Shown here one piece after another: positions 43,129 through 51,671 of a DNA stretch of 64,000 bases. The position numbers and the translations under genes were made by a program. This DNA comes from a virus. The notes under the pieces were generated by a model. The model had not been told where the DNA came from, searched no databases, and saw nothing but the letters and a program-made list of their open reading frames with translations. Position 1 is the stretch's first letter, and every line of letters begins with the position of its first letter. The DNA is taken from IMG/VR virus record IMGVR_UViG_3300023073_000004, positions 1,113 to 65,112 of that record; one strand, written 5' to 3'.

Positions 43129-43459
43129 GCATGCCTTGGTTTCATGCCCAGGCTGCGGCTCCGAGGTGTGGCCGTTCGAAGAAATGGACGCGCGTGGCGG
43201 GCTCGTGAGTCGATGCCCCGCCGAGGGATGCGGTCACCAGTTCCCGCGAGCCGTGGCCGCCGAGGAAGCCTATCGCGGCGCGACGGTCGTGCCGCTTCGG
43301 GCAACGATCGAGGCGCTTGCTCCCGCAACGTCTCCAGCATCACCGGTGGAACTCGGGACGCCTGAGCTTCGCTACCTGCGCGACGCGCTCACCCAGTGTG
43401 AGGTCGACGTCGACGCTCTGAAAAAGCGCATTCAGCGCGCTCTTGCGCTGATCCAGTAA
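43121..43459 (+). CDS. Zinc ribbon + coiled-coil protein
   Basis: CPGCG...CPAEGCGH. Confidence 0.55.
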   Translation: MAEHALVSCPGCGSEVWPFEEMDARGGLVSRCPAEGCGHQFPRAVAAEEAYRGATVVPLRATIEALAPATSPASPVELGTPELRYLRDALTQCEVDVDALKKRIQRALALIQ

Positions 43460-43498
43460 CAACACGGGCCAAAGCGTCGGCCCAAGGAGCAACCGCCA

Positions 43499-43921
43499 AT
43501 GGCCGCCGTAACAGGTACCGTTCAGGGCGTTGCTGGATTCACGTCCGGCACCGGCCCTTCCCCCAAGCACACGATCTCGAGCGACGAGTACGAGACCGAG
43601 GGCGCATTCGTCACCGTCACCTTCCCCGCCGGCACCTACGCCGCAGCGGACGACGCGGTCTTCGACGCAGCGACCGCCATCCAGAACAGCAAGCGCGACG
43701 GCAAGACCGTCACCTGCCTGGGCGGCGTCTTCGTGTCGGCCGGTCTGGAGAACGGCACCGTCGTGGGCGCGGGCGCGTGCACGATCTCGAGCGGGAACAT
43801 CAAGTGCCCGCTCCTGCAGGAAGACCTGTCCACCGAGCACGCAGACGGGGCGATGAACGCCACGTGGACGCGTCCGCTCACGTTCTTCGTCGCCTACCGC
43901 AACAAGGTGAACGGCGAGTAA
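43499..43921 (+). CDS. Putative head decoration/minor capsid protein
   Basis: Immediately upstream of the capsid gene; beta-rich. Confidence 0.5.
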   Translation: MAAVTGTVQGVAGFTSGTGPSPKHTISSDEYETEGAFVTVTFPAGTYAAADDAVFDAATAIQNSKRDGKTVTCLGGVFVSAGLENGTVVGAGACTISSGNIKCPLLQEDLSTEHADGAMNATWTRPLTFFVAYRNKVNGE

Positions 43922-43951
43922 CCGAGGCCCCGAGCACTCGAGGAAAACACC

Positions 43952-45061
43952 ATGAATGCGATCAACCGAGCGACTCTTCCGCAAGAGTTCTACGACATCA
44001 CGAGCGACCGGCTTCTGCTCTCGCCCGAGCCCCAGTACCTGCACGCGCGCCTCTGGAAGAACGCGCTGAAGGCCACGCTGTCCCCGGATGCTCTCCTGGG
44101 CATCCAGGTTGCCGGGCGCCAGTTTGGCAGCAACGGCGCCGAGTATCAGACCGACGTCGAGGCCGGTCGGCTCACCCTGAGCGACGACCTCATGACCTCG
44201 CTCGTCGAGCTGGTGCCGGAGTTCGGCAACGGGGTCGGCCACACGGTGCGCCTCAACCGACCGGAGTTCACGAACACCGTCTACACCGAGGCCTCTCGTG
44301 AAATCCCCAGCGGGACCACGATCTCGACGACTCCGGTCGGCGTGAGCGCCTCCCAGGTCCCCGTGACGCTGAAGCGGTACGGCGGCCCGGTGGCGGACAC
44401 GAGCGCAACCGGCGGCGTCCGTCCGTACGCGGTCGAGCGCTTCGACGGGTCGGTGATGAAGCATCGCCCGGCCCAGATCGTCGGCCTCAACCTGAAGCGG
44501 GACTTCGACCGCACGCTCGACGGCTTCATGGTGAAGCTGTTCGACCAGGTGCCGTCTGGCAACGTGGTTCGCCCGACCGGCTTCTCGACGGACGACAGTT
44601 CGACGATCGCAGGTGACGCACCCATGAGCTACGCCGTTCTGGCCGAACTCGAGCGCGCCATGGATGCGGCCAACATCGGCCGGCTCCCCGACGGAAAGCG
44701 CGTCTTCATCGCGACCCCGCGCCAGAAGAAGCAACTGAGCGGCGACGCCCAGTTCTCGCGCCTCAGCGAGAATCACCCGCTGTTCAACGCCCTCTACGCC
44801 GGGTCCTACTGGCGCACCGTGGGCGCGTTCCACGTTTTCTCGTCGAACACGCTCACCACGGTCGCGAACAGCAGCTCCGTCGACATCAACTACGGCCAGG
44901 CCATGGGCCCGGGCGCAGTGGGTTGCGGCCTCGGCTCGGTACCCCGCGTGGCGAACCACACCAACGACAACTACGGCGAGACCGCCTTCGTCATCTGGCT
45001 GATGTACGCAGCGTTCGCCATGCTCGACTCGCGGTTCGTCTTCCGCGCGGCGACCTCCTGA
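43952..45061 (+). CDS. Major capsid protein
   Basis: 369 aa, strong RBS GAGGAAAACACC, position after scaffold, strongly biased codons. Confidence 0.75.
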   Translation: MNAINRATLPQEFYDITSDRLLLSPEPQYLHARLWKNALKATLSPDALLGIQVAGRQFGSNGAEYQTDVEAGRLTLSDDLMTSLVELVPEFGNGVGHTVRLNRPEFTNTVYTEASREIPSGTTISTTPVGVSASQVPVTLKRYGGPVADTSATGGVRPYAVERFDGSVMKHRPAQIVGLNLKRDFDRTLDGFMVKLFDQVPSGNVVRPTGFSTDDSSTIAGDAPMSYAVLAELERAMDAANIGRLPDGKRVFIATPRQKKQLSGDAQFSRLSENHPLFNALYAGSYWRTVGAFHVFSSNTLTTVANSSSVDINYGQAMGPGAVGCGLGSVPRVANHTNDNYGETAFVIWLMYAAFAMLDSRFVFRAATS

Positions 45062-45076
45062 AAGGGCACCCCCAGC

Positions 45077-45499
45077 ATGTCGCGAAACGATCGCCTGGTG
45101 CGTCTGTACCAACGGACCACCGGCACCCTGGATGCGGTTGCAGCCGGGACCGTCACTGGCATGGGCGCGCTGCTCATGCACATCGTCGAGAAGGGAACCC
45201 TCTCGGCGCGCGTCCTGGTCGACATCGAGACCAGCACGATCACCGTCACGCCGTCCTGGCAGATCAGCCACGATGGCACGACCTGGGAGGACGTGGTGTT
45301 GCCCAACAACGCCGCAAACGTCTCTCTCGGGACCGGCACGGCCGGCGCCGATGCGGCAATCACGCGGAACATCTCGGCGCCTGACGGCGTCTATGGTGCC
45401 CGCTACTGCCGCCTGGCTCTGACGCCGGGGGTCACTACGGGCGCAGCGGTGGACACGTACGACGTGTCGTACTCGTTCGCTCGAGACGACCTGGTCTGA
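45077..45499 (+). CDS. Virion structural protein
   Basis: Follows the capsid gene; beta-rich. Confidence 0.55.
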   Translation: MSRNDRLVRLYQRTTGTLDAVAAGTVTGMGALLMHIVEKGTLSARVLVDIETSTITVTPSWQISHDGTTWEDVVLPNNAANVSLGTGTAGADAAITRNISAPDGVYGARYCRLALTPGVTTGAAVDTYDVSYSFARDDLV

Positions 45500-45676
45500 T
45501 CGGACGACGGGTCCGCGCCCACCCAGGCCTAAGCGCTCCCCTCTCCCGAGCGCGCTGGTCGGAAGAGGCGCACCTTGTAGGGCCGGCTCGGACCGGCGCG
45601 TGAAATCGCTCCTGCCGTCATGACGACCCCGACCAACACCCGGCCACGAGTCAGCCTTCCCCGGAGGGCCTGATTC

Positions 45677-46180
45677 GTGGCCATTGTTGTTGAAGACGGG
45701 TCGATCGTGGAGGGGGCGAATAGCTACCTTTCCCTCGAAGCCGTGCGGGCGTTCGCGCTCGCTCGTGGCGTCACCCTGAGCTCGACGGACGCTCTCGTGG
45801 AACAGCAGCTCATCCTGGCCGCCGACTACATCGAGTCCAAAGAGATCCGGTTCGTTGGCTACCGGGCGGACCCGGAGAATCAGGTCCTTTGCTGGCCGCG
45901 GAACGCCTACTGCGTCCGCAGCGACGAAGTGCCGGCCAAGATCCGCCAGGCCCAGGGCTTTCTCGTGATGGCCCAGGCCAGCGCCACGCCCGTCAACATC
46001 CTGCCCGTCGGCTCGCCTCCGGAGCCCTTCCCGGTCACCAAGAAGAAGCTCGGGCCGCTCGAGAAGACCTATGCCGCCACGCCCGGCGCTGTCGTCCCGA
46101 CCCTGCCCACCGTCCCCGCCGCCGAAGAAGCTCTCGCCTTCTACTACAAGCGGAGCGGAAGCCGGCTCGAGGTCTACTGA
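45677..46180 (+). CDS. Head-tail adaptor (DnaT-like phage family)
   Basis: IVVEDGSIVEGANSY...AADYIE...QVLCWPR...VP..IRQAQ. Confidence 0.8.
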   Translation: MAIVVEDGSIVEGANSYLSLEAVRAFALARGVTLSSTDALVEQQLILAADYIESKEIRFVGYRADPENQVLCWPRNAYCVRSDEVPAKIRQAQGFLVMAQASATPVNILPVGSPPEPFPVTKKKLGPLEKTYAATPGAVVPTLPTVPAAEEALAFYYKRSGSRLEVY

Positions 46181-46551
46181 TGGCGCTCTTCACGCCCGAA
46201 GAGGTCATCGCGCTTCTGTCGGACCCGGATTGGAGACAGCCCGCCCTCTGGCGCACCATCCGCACCGACGTCGCCGAAGACGCGGCGGAGCCGTTGCAGA
46301 ACGCGACGACGGACGTGGCCTGCTTCGCCGTCAAGCTGCCCACGGACCGCGTCGGGGACGAAACCCGCCACTCCTCGACAGATGAGCAGCCCGAGGGTTG
46401 CTCGATCTTCTACGTGTCGCCGCCTGCCGGAGTCACCCCGAGCAAGAAGGACATCCTGGTCATCGGCGAGCGCGAATACAGCATCGAGAGCCTCGATCTG
46501 CTCGCTCCGGCCGGGACGCTGCTGCTCATCACTGCTACGGTGTACGAGTAA
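46180..46551 (+). CDS. Head closure/stopper protein
   Basis: Size and position; ends YSIESLDLLAPAGTLLLITATVYE. Confidence 0.65.
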   Translation: MALFTPEEVIALLSDPDWRQPALWRTIRTDVAEDAAEPLQNATTDVACFAVKLPTDRVGDETRHSSTDEQPEGCSIFYVSPPAGVTPSKKDILVIGEREYSIESLDLLAPAGTLLLITATVYE

Positions 46552-46750
46552 TGAACCTCGCCCTAAAGGACGAGGCTTTGCGCCTCAACTCCACGGCCTC
46601 CGCGCGCCGCTTCAACGTTGGACACGATGGGCCGCATTACTTCGGCCCTGGATGCGACATTGCGGGCGCCGACGATGTCGGCGTGCTCCGCAAAACCGCA
46701 CCCGGTGCAGACGAACTCGGCCTGGCTCCGGCGATTCGCCTTGTCGATAC
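46535..46750 (-). ncRNA. Predicted omegaRNA (reRNA) scaffold plus guide; boundaries approximate
   Basis: TnpB omegaRNAs are known to overlap the tnpB 3' end and right end, with the guide taken from flanking DNA (here TACTCGTACACCGTAG). Confidence 0.55.
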
Positions 46751-47794
46751 ATCCACAGACTGGACACGTTCTGCTCGTGTTGCGCGGATCGACGAGCACG
46801 ACAGGGACGCCCGCGAGGGCGGCCTTGTATTCGAGGAATGCACGCAACTGGAAGAACGACCACCCGTGCAGATGCGCTCGCTGAGCCTTTTTCACCGTTG
46901 CCCGGGCGCGGATGCCTTGGAGATTCTCCAGTGCGATTCCTCGATCGGTGCCCTTGGCCTTGCGAACGATTTGCTTGCTGATGACGTGGTTGGTGTGAGC
47001 GTGGAAATGCTGTTCTCGCCCGCGAAGCCTTCGGAGGTGGCGCTTGGCGCTCTTGGTGCCGCGGCGCTGAAGAGCAGCGCGGAGCTTTCCAATGCGCGAC
47101 CGGACAGCCAGCGTCGTCTCTCCAGAGTGCACCTCGGTGTCGGAGTCCACCGCCAGGTTGCGGATTCCCAGATCGACCCCAAGCCACCCCTCGGGATCGA
47201 TCGGAGCTCCGTCAGGCACCTCGACGGTGACGAACAGGTAGAGCTTGCCGCGGCGGTAGACCAGATCGGCCTGACCGCGCACGCCGTCGAGTCGAGCTGC
47301 ATGGTAGGCGCCTATGGCGCACGGGACGACAACGCGCCCGTCGAGCGCGAGCAGGCTCAGGCGGTCAAGCCCGTTCTTGAAGCTATACAGGCGCTGGTCA
47401 TACGGGATGGCGCCGAGCACCTTGAAGCGGCAGAGCTTCGAGCGATCGCGCTTGTAGACCTCGCAGACTTTCGAGATGGCGCGCACTGTGTGCTGAGCGG
47501 ACAGGCCGAAGCGCTCTCGGATCTCCCGGTAGTAGAGCTTCTGGAGCCGGATCTTGTCGGCCGACTGAATCTCGAATGCTCTCTCGGCCAACCACGAGCA
47601 CGCCTCGTTGACCCGTCGGATCGTCGCGAGCAGGCGAGCCCTTTCTTCCGGGGACGGCAGCAGTTTCACCGTGGCAATGAGCTTCACGGCCATAGACGTA
47701 GCACGTCTAAGCCGGCGCGCAACAGGCCAGGCCGCTTCCTCCCCGCCGTGAACGACGGGGCTTCCGCGGCTGCCAAGGCACAGGGAGGTAGCAC
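46551..47794 (-). mobile_element. Non-autonomous IS200/IS605-family (TnpB-only, IS1341-like) element
   Basis: tnpB; right-end hairpin CCTCGCCC-TAAA-GGACGAGG (46556-46575); left-end hairpin CCCCGCCG-TGAA-CGACGGGG (47741-47760); ATGA at both junctions; no tnpA. Confidence 0.85.
46563..47693 (-). CDS. tnpB: RNA-guided endonuclease TnpB
   Basis: RuvC-I GVDLG, RuvC-II IALENL, zinc finger CPVCG/CTGCG, RuvC-III HADIVGARN; all three acidic residues intact. Confidence 0.95.
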   Translation of the reverse strand: MAVKLIATVKLLPSPEERARLLATIRRVNEACSWLAERAFEIQSADKIRLQKLYYREIRERFGLSAQHTVRAISKVCEVYKRDRSKLCRFKVLGAIPYDQRLYSFKNGLDRLSLLALDGRVVVPCAIGAYHAARLDGVRGQADLVYRRGKLYLFVTVEVPDGAPIDPEGWLGVDLGIRNLAVDSDTEVHSGETTLAVRSRIGKLRAALQRRGTKSAKRHLRRLRGREQHFHAHTNHVISKQIVRKAKGTDRGIALENLQGIRARATVKKAQRAHLHGWSFFQLRAFLEYKAALAGVPVVLVDPRNTSRTCPVCGCIDKANRRSQAEFVCTGCGFAEHADIVGARNVASRAEVMRPIVSNVEAARGGRGVEAQSLVL

Positions 47795-48280
47795 ATGATC
47801 TCCCTGGTCGACGGTCAGCGCGCCATCCTCCGCATGGCTGAACGTGCCATCCGGGAAGTGTGGGTTGTCCAGCTCGGTGGACCGCCCGAAGACGGAGCGC
47901 TCCGCATGGAGGGCGTCGAGGAGCCGGAGACGTTTCGCGGGGACTTCTACACGCGGTCGAGCATTGTTCTCCCTGACGACGAGCACATGCAGAAGCTCGC
48001 CGGAATCGGGCTCATCGACGACTCAACGGCGGCCAGATATCGCTACATCGGCAACCTGCACGTCCAGGTCTTCGGCAAGAAGAGCGTGGCGGGCTCGCTG
48101 TTCAAGGCCAAGGACATCGCCGACGCCATCAAGAAGAAGTTCGTCGGCCGCCGGGATCGGGAAACCGGCATCGAGTTCATGGCCGTTCGCCTGAAGAACG
48201 AGTCGACCGAGAAGCAGTGGTACCACGTCCGCACTGTGGCCGACTTCCAGTTCGACGAAGTGCTGAGCGTGGCGGGTTAG
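47795..48280 (+). CDS. Tail terminator-like protein
   Basis: Position; YIGNLHVQVF...A..IADAI...F...WYHVRTVADFQFDE pattern. Confidence 0.7.
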   Translation: MISLVDGQRAILRMAERAIREVWVVQLGGPPEDGALRMEGVEEPETFRGDFYTRSSIVLPDDEHMQKLAGIGLIDDSTAARYRYIGNLHVQVFGKKSVAGSLFKAKDIADAIKKKFVGRRDRETGIEFMAVRLKNESTEKQWYHVRTVADFQFDEVLSVAG

Positions 48281-48492
48281 GCCAGCGTGATGACGCCTCT
48301 GCCGCGGTCGACGTGAGTCACGACCGCTACGCCGCGCGACGGTCCGAACTCGCCACTCCAGGTGAGGAGCAATCGGTCGCCAGCGAAGAAGGCAATAGAG
48401 GCGCCGAGAATCTGCGATGTGCCGCCAATCTCCGGGGCAACCATCGCAGCCGCCACCGCGCCCATGAATCCGCGTCGGGTGAGCTTGCTCAT
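48277..48492 (-). CDS. Small antisense-strand protein with a twin-arginine (Tat)-like signal
   Basis: MSKLTRRGFMGAVAAAMVAP; ATGA coupling with 48489-48695. Confidence 0.55.
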   Translation of the reverse strand: MSKLTRRGFMGAVAAAMVAPEIGGTSQILGASIAFFAGDRLLLTWSGEFGPSRGVAVVTHVDRGRGVITLA

Positions 48493-48695
48493 GGCAGATC
48501 CCACGGCGGGCAGGCCCAGTGCGAAACCCAGTCGATGACGATCGCGTTGCCGTCGCCGGTCACCCAGCGCCCACTGTCCGGCCACACGAGAGACCACTCT
48601 CGGCTGTCCTTGTCGGCGCTCCGGTAGCCGTGGAACACGAGGATCGGACCTTCGCCGACCAGCGCGTTGCCCTCGTGGATTTCGAGCGTCGCCAT
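48489..48695 (-). CDS. Small antisense-strand hypothetical protein
   Basis: MATLEIHEG...; G-rich upstream region with GGGG SD. Confidence 0.5.
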   Translation of the reverse strand: MATLEIHEGNALVGEGPILVFHGYRSADKDSREWSLVWPDSGRWVTGDGNAIVIDWVSHWACPPWDLP

Positions 48696-48840
48696 CCCCT
48701 GACCCTACCACGCCACCCCTAGCCAGGGTCCCCCAAATCCAGCGTTCGCCCATCCGGGCGCCCCCAACCACCCCCGCCCACCTCGCGTGCGGCAGGCCTG
48801 ACGACTTTCGCCCGGAGCTCGGGCCGAGACGGAGAAACGC

Positions 48841-50364
48841 ATGACCATCAGCACCAACGTCACCGCCCTGAACATCGGCATCGAGAGCAGCCTCAATACG
48901 GCGCCCGCCGTGCTCCGCGGCGTCGAGCCGAACAGCTACGCGGACTCTGGCCCACGCTTCGACCAGATCGCCCGAGACGTCATCAGCTCTCGCCGTGACC
49001 GAGTGAAGGGCACTCAGGTCGACGTCAAGATCCCGTTCGGGTTCCAGTTCGATTGGACCCAGACGACCATGCTGCCCTTCCTGCAGGGCGTCATGTGGAA
49101 CCCGACGGTCGACAAGGCCGGGACGGCTCCGATCACCGGTACCCAGGTCACCATCACGAGCGTTTCGAGCACTACGACCTACAACGCCGCAAGCGGCCTC
49201 ACGACCCTCGGTGTGGCGGGGCACTTGGTCCTGGCTGAATCCTTCACGAACTCGGCCACCAACGGCCTGAAGCTGGTCGCCTCGGGCAGCTCCACGACCG
49301 TGGTCACGACCGGCCTGACGAACGAGACCCCGCCTGCCGGCGCCAAGCTCACCCTGGTGGGCCATCAGTTCGGGTCGGCCGACGTGGCCGCGACCCTGGC
49401 CGGCAGCTTTGCCACCCTGACGAGCGCCGCGAGCGCCTTCGTAACTGGCCTGCCCGGAGTGGCAGCCGGCGAGTGGATCATCGTGGGCGGAGACGACGCC
49501 AACACGTTCTTCGCGACCTGCCCGCTCTTCATGGGCCGAGTGCGCACGATTGCTGCCGGCACCATCGTGCTCGACGACGTCATCACGCTCGGCGGGGCTT
49601 CGTTCTCGGCCGATGCCGGGACCGGCAAGACCATTCAGATCTTCACCGGCGGCAAGCTCACGAACGGCTCGACGCGGCAGCTCATCCACTCGGAAGTCCA
49701 GCTCGGCCAGGGCGCCACCGCCACGCAGGCTATGTACCTGACCGGCGGCGTGGCCAACACGCTGACGATCGGCGTCCCGAGCAAGAGCAAGATCATCGGC
49801 GACATCGCCTACAACTGCCACGGCTACTACTTCAAGAGCGGCGAGAGCGGCGACGAGATCGTCAGCGCGACGCGCACGAGCGACGCGGCCGAGGACCCGT
49901 TCAACACGGCCACGGACATCAAGGCGCTGAAGCTCTCGGTGGCCGACGACGACAGCATCCACGATGCGCTCTTCGCCTACGCGGTCGAGGGCAGCATCGA
50001 GATCAACAACAACGTCTTCGTCGAGAACGCCCTGGGCGTCTTCGGCCCGCACAACATCGACTGCGGCACGTTCTTCTGCGACCTGAAGCTCAACGCCTTC
50101 TTCGAGGGCACGGACGCCATGGAGTCGCTGGCCGAAAACCAGAACATCCAGTGCACCAAGGTCATCGCGCAGTCGAGCACTCAGAAGGGCTTCATCTTCG
50201 ATGTGCCGCGCGGTACCCTGGGCGGCAACGTCGAGCTGTCGAAGGACCAATCGATCAAGGCACCTCTGACGCTCTCCGGAGCTCGCAGCCGGTTCGGTCA
50301 CACGCTCATGATCAACTACTTCGCCTACTACCCCGAGTGGTTGGCGTCGGCTGGTCTGAGCTGA
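48841..50364 (+). CDS. Major tail tube protein with an inserted accessory domain
   Basis: 507 aa, Thr/Ala/Gly-rich; GGAG RBS; upstream of the chaperone and tape measure. Confidence 0.75.
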   Translation: MTISTNVTALNIGIESSLNTAPAVLRGVEPNSYADSGPRFDQIARDVISSRRDRVKGTQVDVKIPFGFQFDWTQTTMLPFLQGVMWNPTVDKAGTAPITGTQVTITSVSSTTTYNAASGLTTLGVAGHLVLAESFTNSATNGLKLVASGSSTTVVTTGLTNETPPAGAKLTLVGHQFGSADVAATLAGSFATLTSAASAFVTGLPGVAAGEWIIVGGDDANTFFATCPLFMGRVRTIAAGTIVLDDVITLGGASFSADAGTGKTIQIFTGGKLTNGSTRQLIHSEVQLGQGATATQAMYLTGGVANTLTIGVPSKSKIIGDIAYNCHGYYFKSGESGDEIVSATRTSDAAEDPFNTATDIKALKLSVADDDSIHDALFAYAVEGSIEINNNVFVENALGVFGPHNIDCGTFFCDLKLNAFFEGTDAMESLAENQNIQCTKVIAQSSTQKGFIFDVPRGTLGGNVELSKDQSIKAPLTLSGARSRFGHTLMINYFAYYPEWLASAGLS

Positions 50365-50390
50365 GTCGCGGGGGAGGAAAGAGGAGAGGC

Positions 50391-50843
50391 ATGAGTCTGA
50401 ACAAGTTCAAACCGGACCAGAAGAAGCGCGAAAAGGGCATTCTGGTCGAGCTCGACACGCGGGGCGACCGCCTCATCGGGCGGGCCGTGGCGAGCGTCGG
50501 CAAGTTCCCGACGTTCCAGATGGCGCTCTGCACCGACGACAACCCGACCTTCGAGAAAGAGCGCGAGCGCGTCAACCGCGGGCCGCGCGCTTCGGGCGAG
50601 GAGCTTTCGGCGGATAGGAAGGCCGAGCTGCTCATCGAGGCCGTCGTCAACGTCGCCCTCTTCAATTGGTGGAACGTGCCGGACGACGAGGAGAAGGACC
50701 TCCCGTTCAGCCGCGAGAACGCCAAGGCGCGTTTCGCCCAGATCCCCGATGCGTTCTGGGCCGCTCTGGCCGTTGCCCAGGACAGCAAGAACTTCCGCGT
50801 CGACCCGCCGGCGAACCCGGACGCAGACGCAAAAAACTCCTAG
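50391..50843 (+). CDS. Tail assembly chaperone (gpG-like)
   Basis: Ends GCA AAA AAC TCC TAG with slippery heptamer A AAA AAC. Confidence 0.8.
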   Translation: MSLNKFKPDQKKREKGILVELDTRGDRLIGRAVASVGKFPTFQMALCTDDNPTFEKERERVNRGPRASGEELSADRKAELLIEAVVNVALFNWWNVPDDEEKDLPFSRENAKARFAQIPDAFWAALAVAQDSKNFRVDPPANPDADAKNS

Positions 50844-51232
50844 AGGTCATCGAGCAGGCGAGGCTCGGGGCCGACAAAAAGCAGATTCGCAGCCAGACGG
50901 CGTTTGCCCCGGCGCCCAAGGCCCTGAAGAAGGCGGAGCCAAAGCTGCTCCCTGGCCTCGGGCGCTTCTTTCGCGCCTGGTGGGAGATCGACACCGAGCG
51001 GACGATCTACGACTGGGGCATCGGCCCGATCCCGTGGTCTGCCATCCGGCGCTACGGGCGCTCGATCGGCTACTCGGGTCGCGACCTCGACTACTTCGTC
51101 GAAGTGATGCGCCGCGTTGACATCGGGCACCGCGTGAAAGACGCGGAACGCAGGACGAGCCAGTCCAAGACGACCATCGCCGCGCCGCCGTTGCCCAAGG
51201 CACCGCCCAAGCGCGGGCGTCGCAATAGGTAA
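50391..51232 (+). CDS. Tail assembly chaperone gpGT-like product of a programmed -1 frameshift at 50831-50837
   Basis: -1 frame continues KLLEVIEQ...FFRAWWEIDTER...GPIPWSAIRRYG to 51232. Confidence 0.75.
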
Positions 51233-51245
51233 CCACCCCCGCGCC

Positions 51246-51671
51246 ATGCAGACCTTCAAGGAAGTCCGAAACGGTCTGCGCTCTGCGCTCGAAGGGGCGA
51301 CGCGCGAGGCCAACGAGCGAACCAAGAAGGCCGTCCGCGCGGGCGTCAAGTACCTGATCGAGGCAACGCCGGTCGACACGACGCGGGCCGAATCGAACTG
51401 GCAGGTCGGGCTTGGCTCTCCGCGTCAGACCGAGATCGAGCCTCGTGGCGAGACGCGCTCGACCTCAGGCGCTGCGACCTACGCCGAAGCGGACCGCGTC
51501 ATCCGCAACAAGAAGGCCGGGCAGACCGTCTACCTGACGAACCCGACGAAATACATCGGCCGGCTGAATGCGGGCTCGTCCACGCAAGCGCCCGCCGGAT
51601 TCATCGAGGCCGCCGGTCTCATCATGCGCGAAGTCCTGAAGCAGCCGAGCGGCTGGAGCAAACGTGGCTGA
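51246..51671 (+). CDS. HK97 gp10-like tail completion protein
   Basis: LIEATPVDTTRAESNW...YI.RLNAGSSTQAPAGF. Confidence 0.8.
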   Translation: MQTFKEVRNGLRSALEGATREANERTKKAVRAGVKYLIEATPVDTTRAESNWQVGLGSPRQTEIEPRGETRSTSGAATYAEADRVIRNKKAGQTVYLTNPTKYIGRLNAGSSTQAPAGFIEAAGLIMREVLKQPSGWSKRG

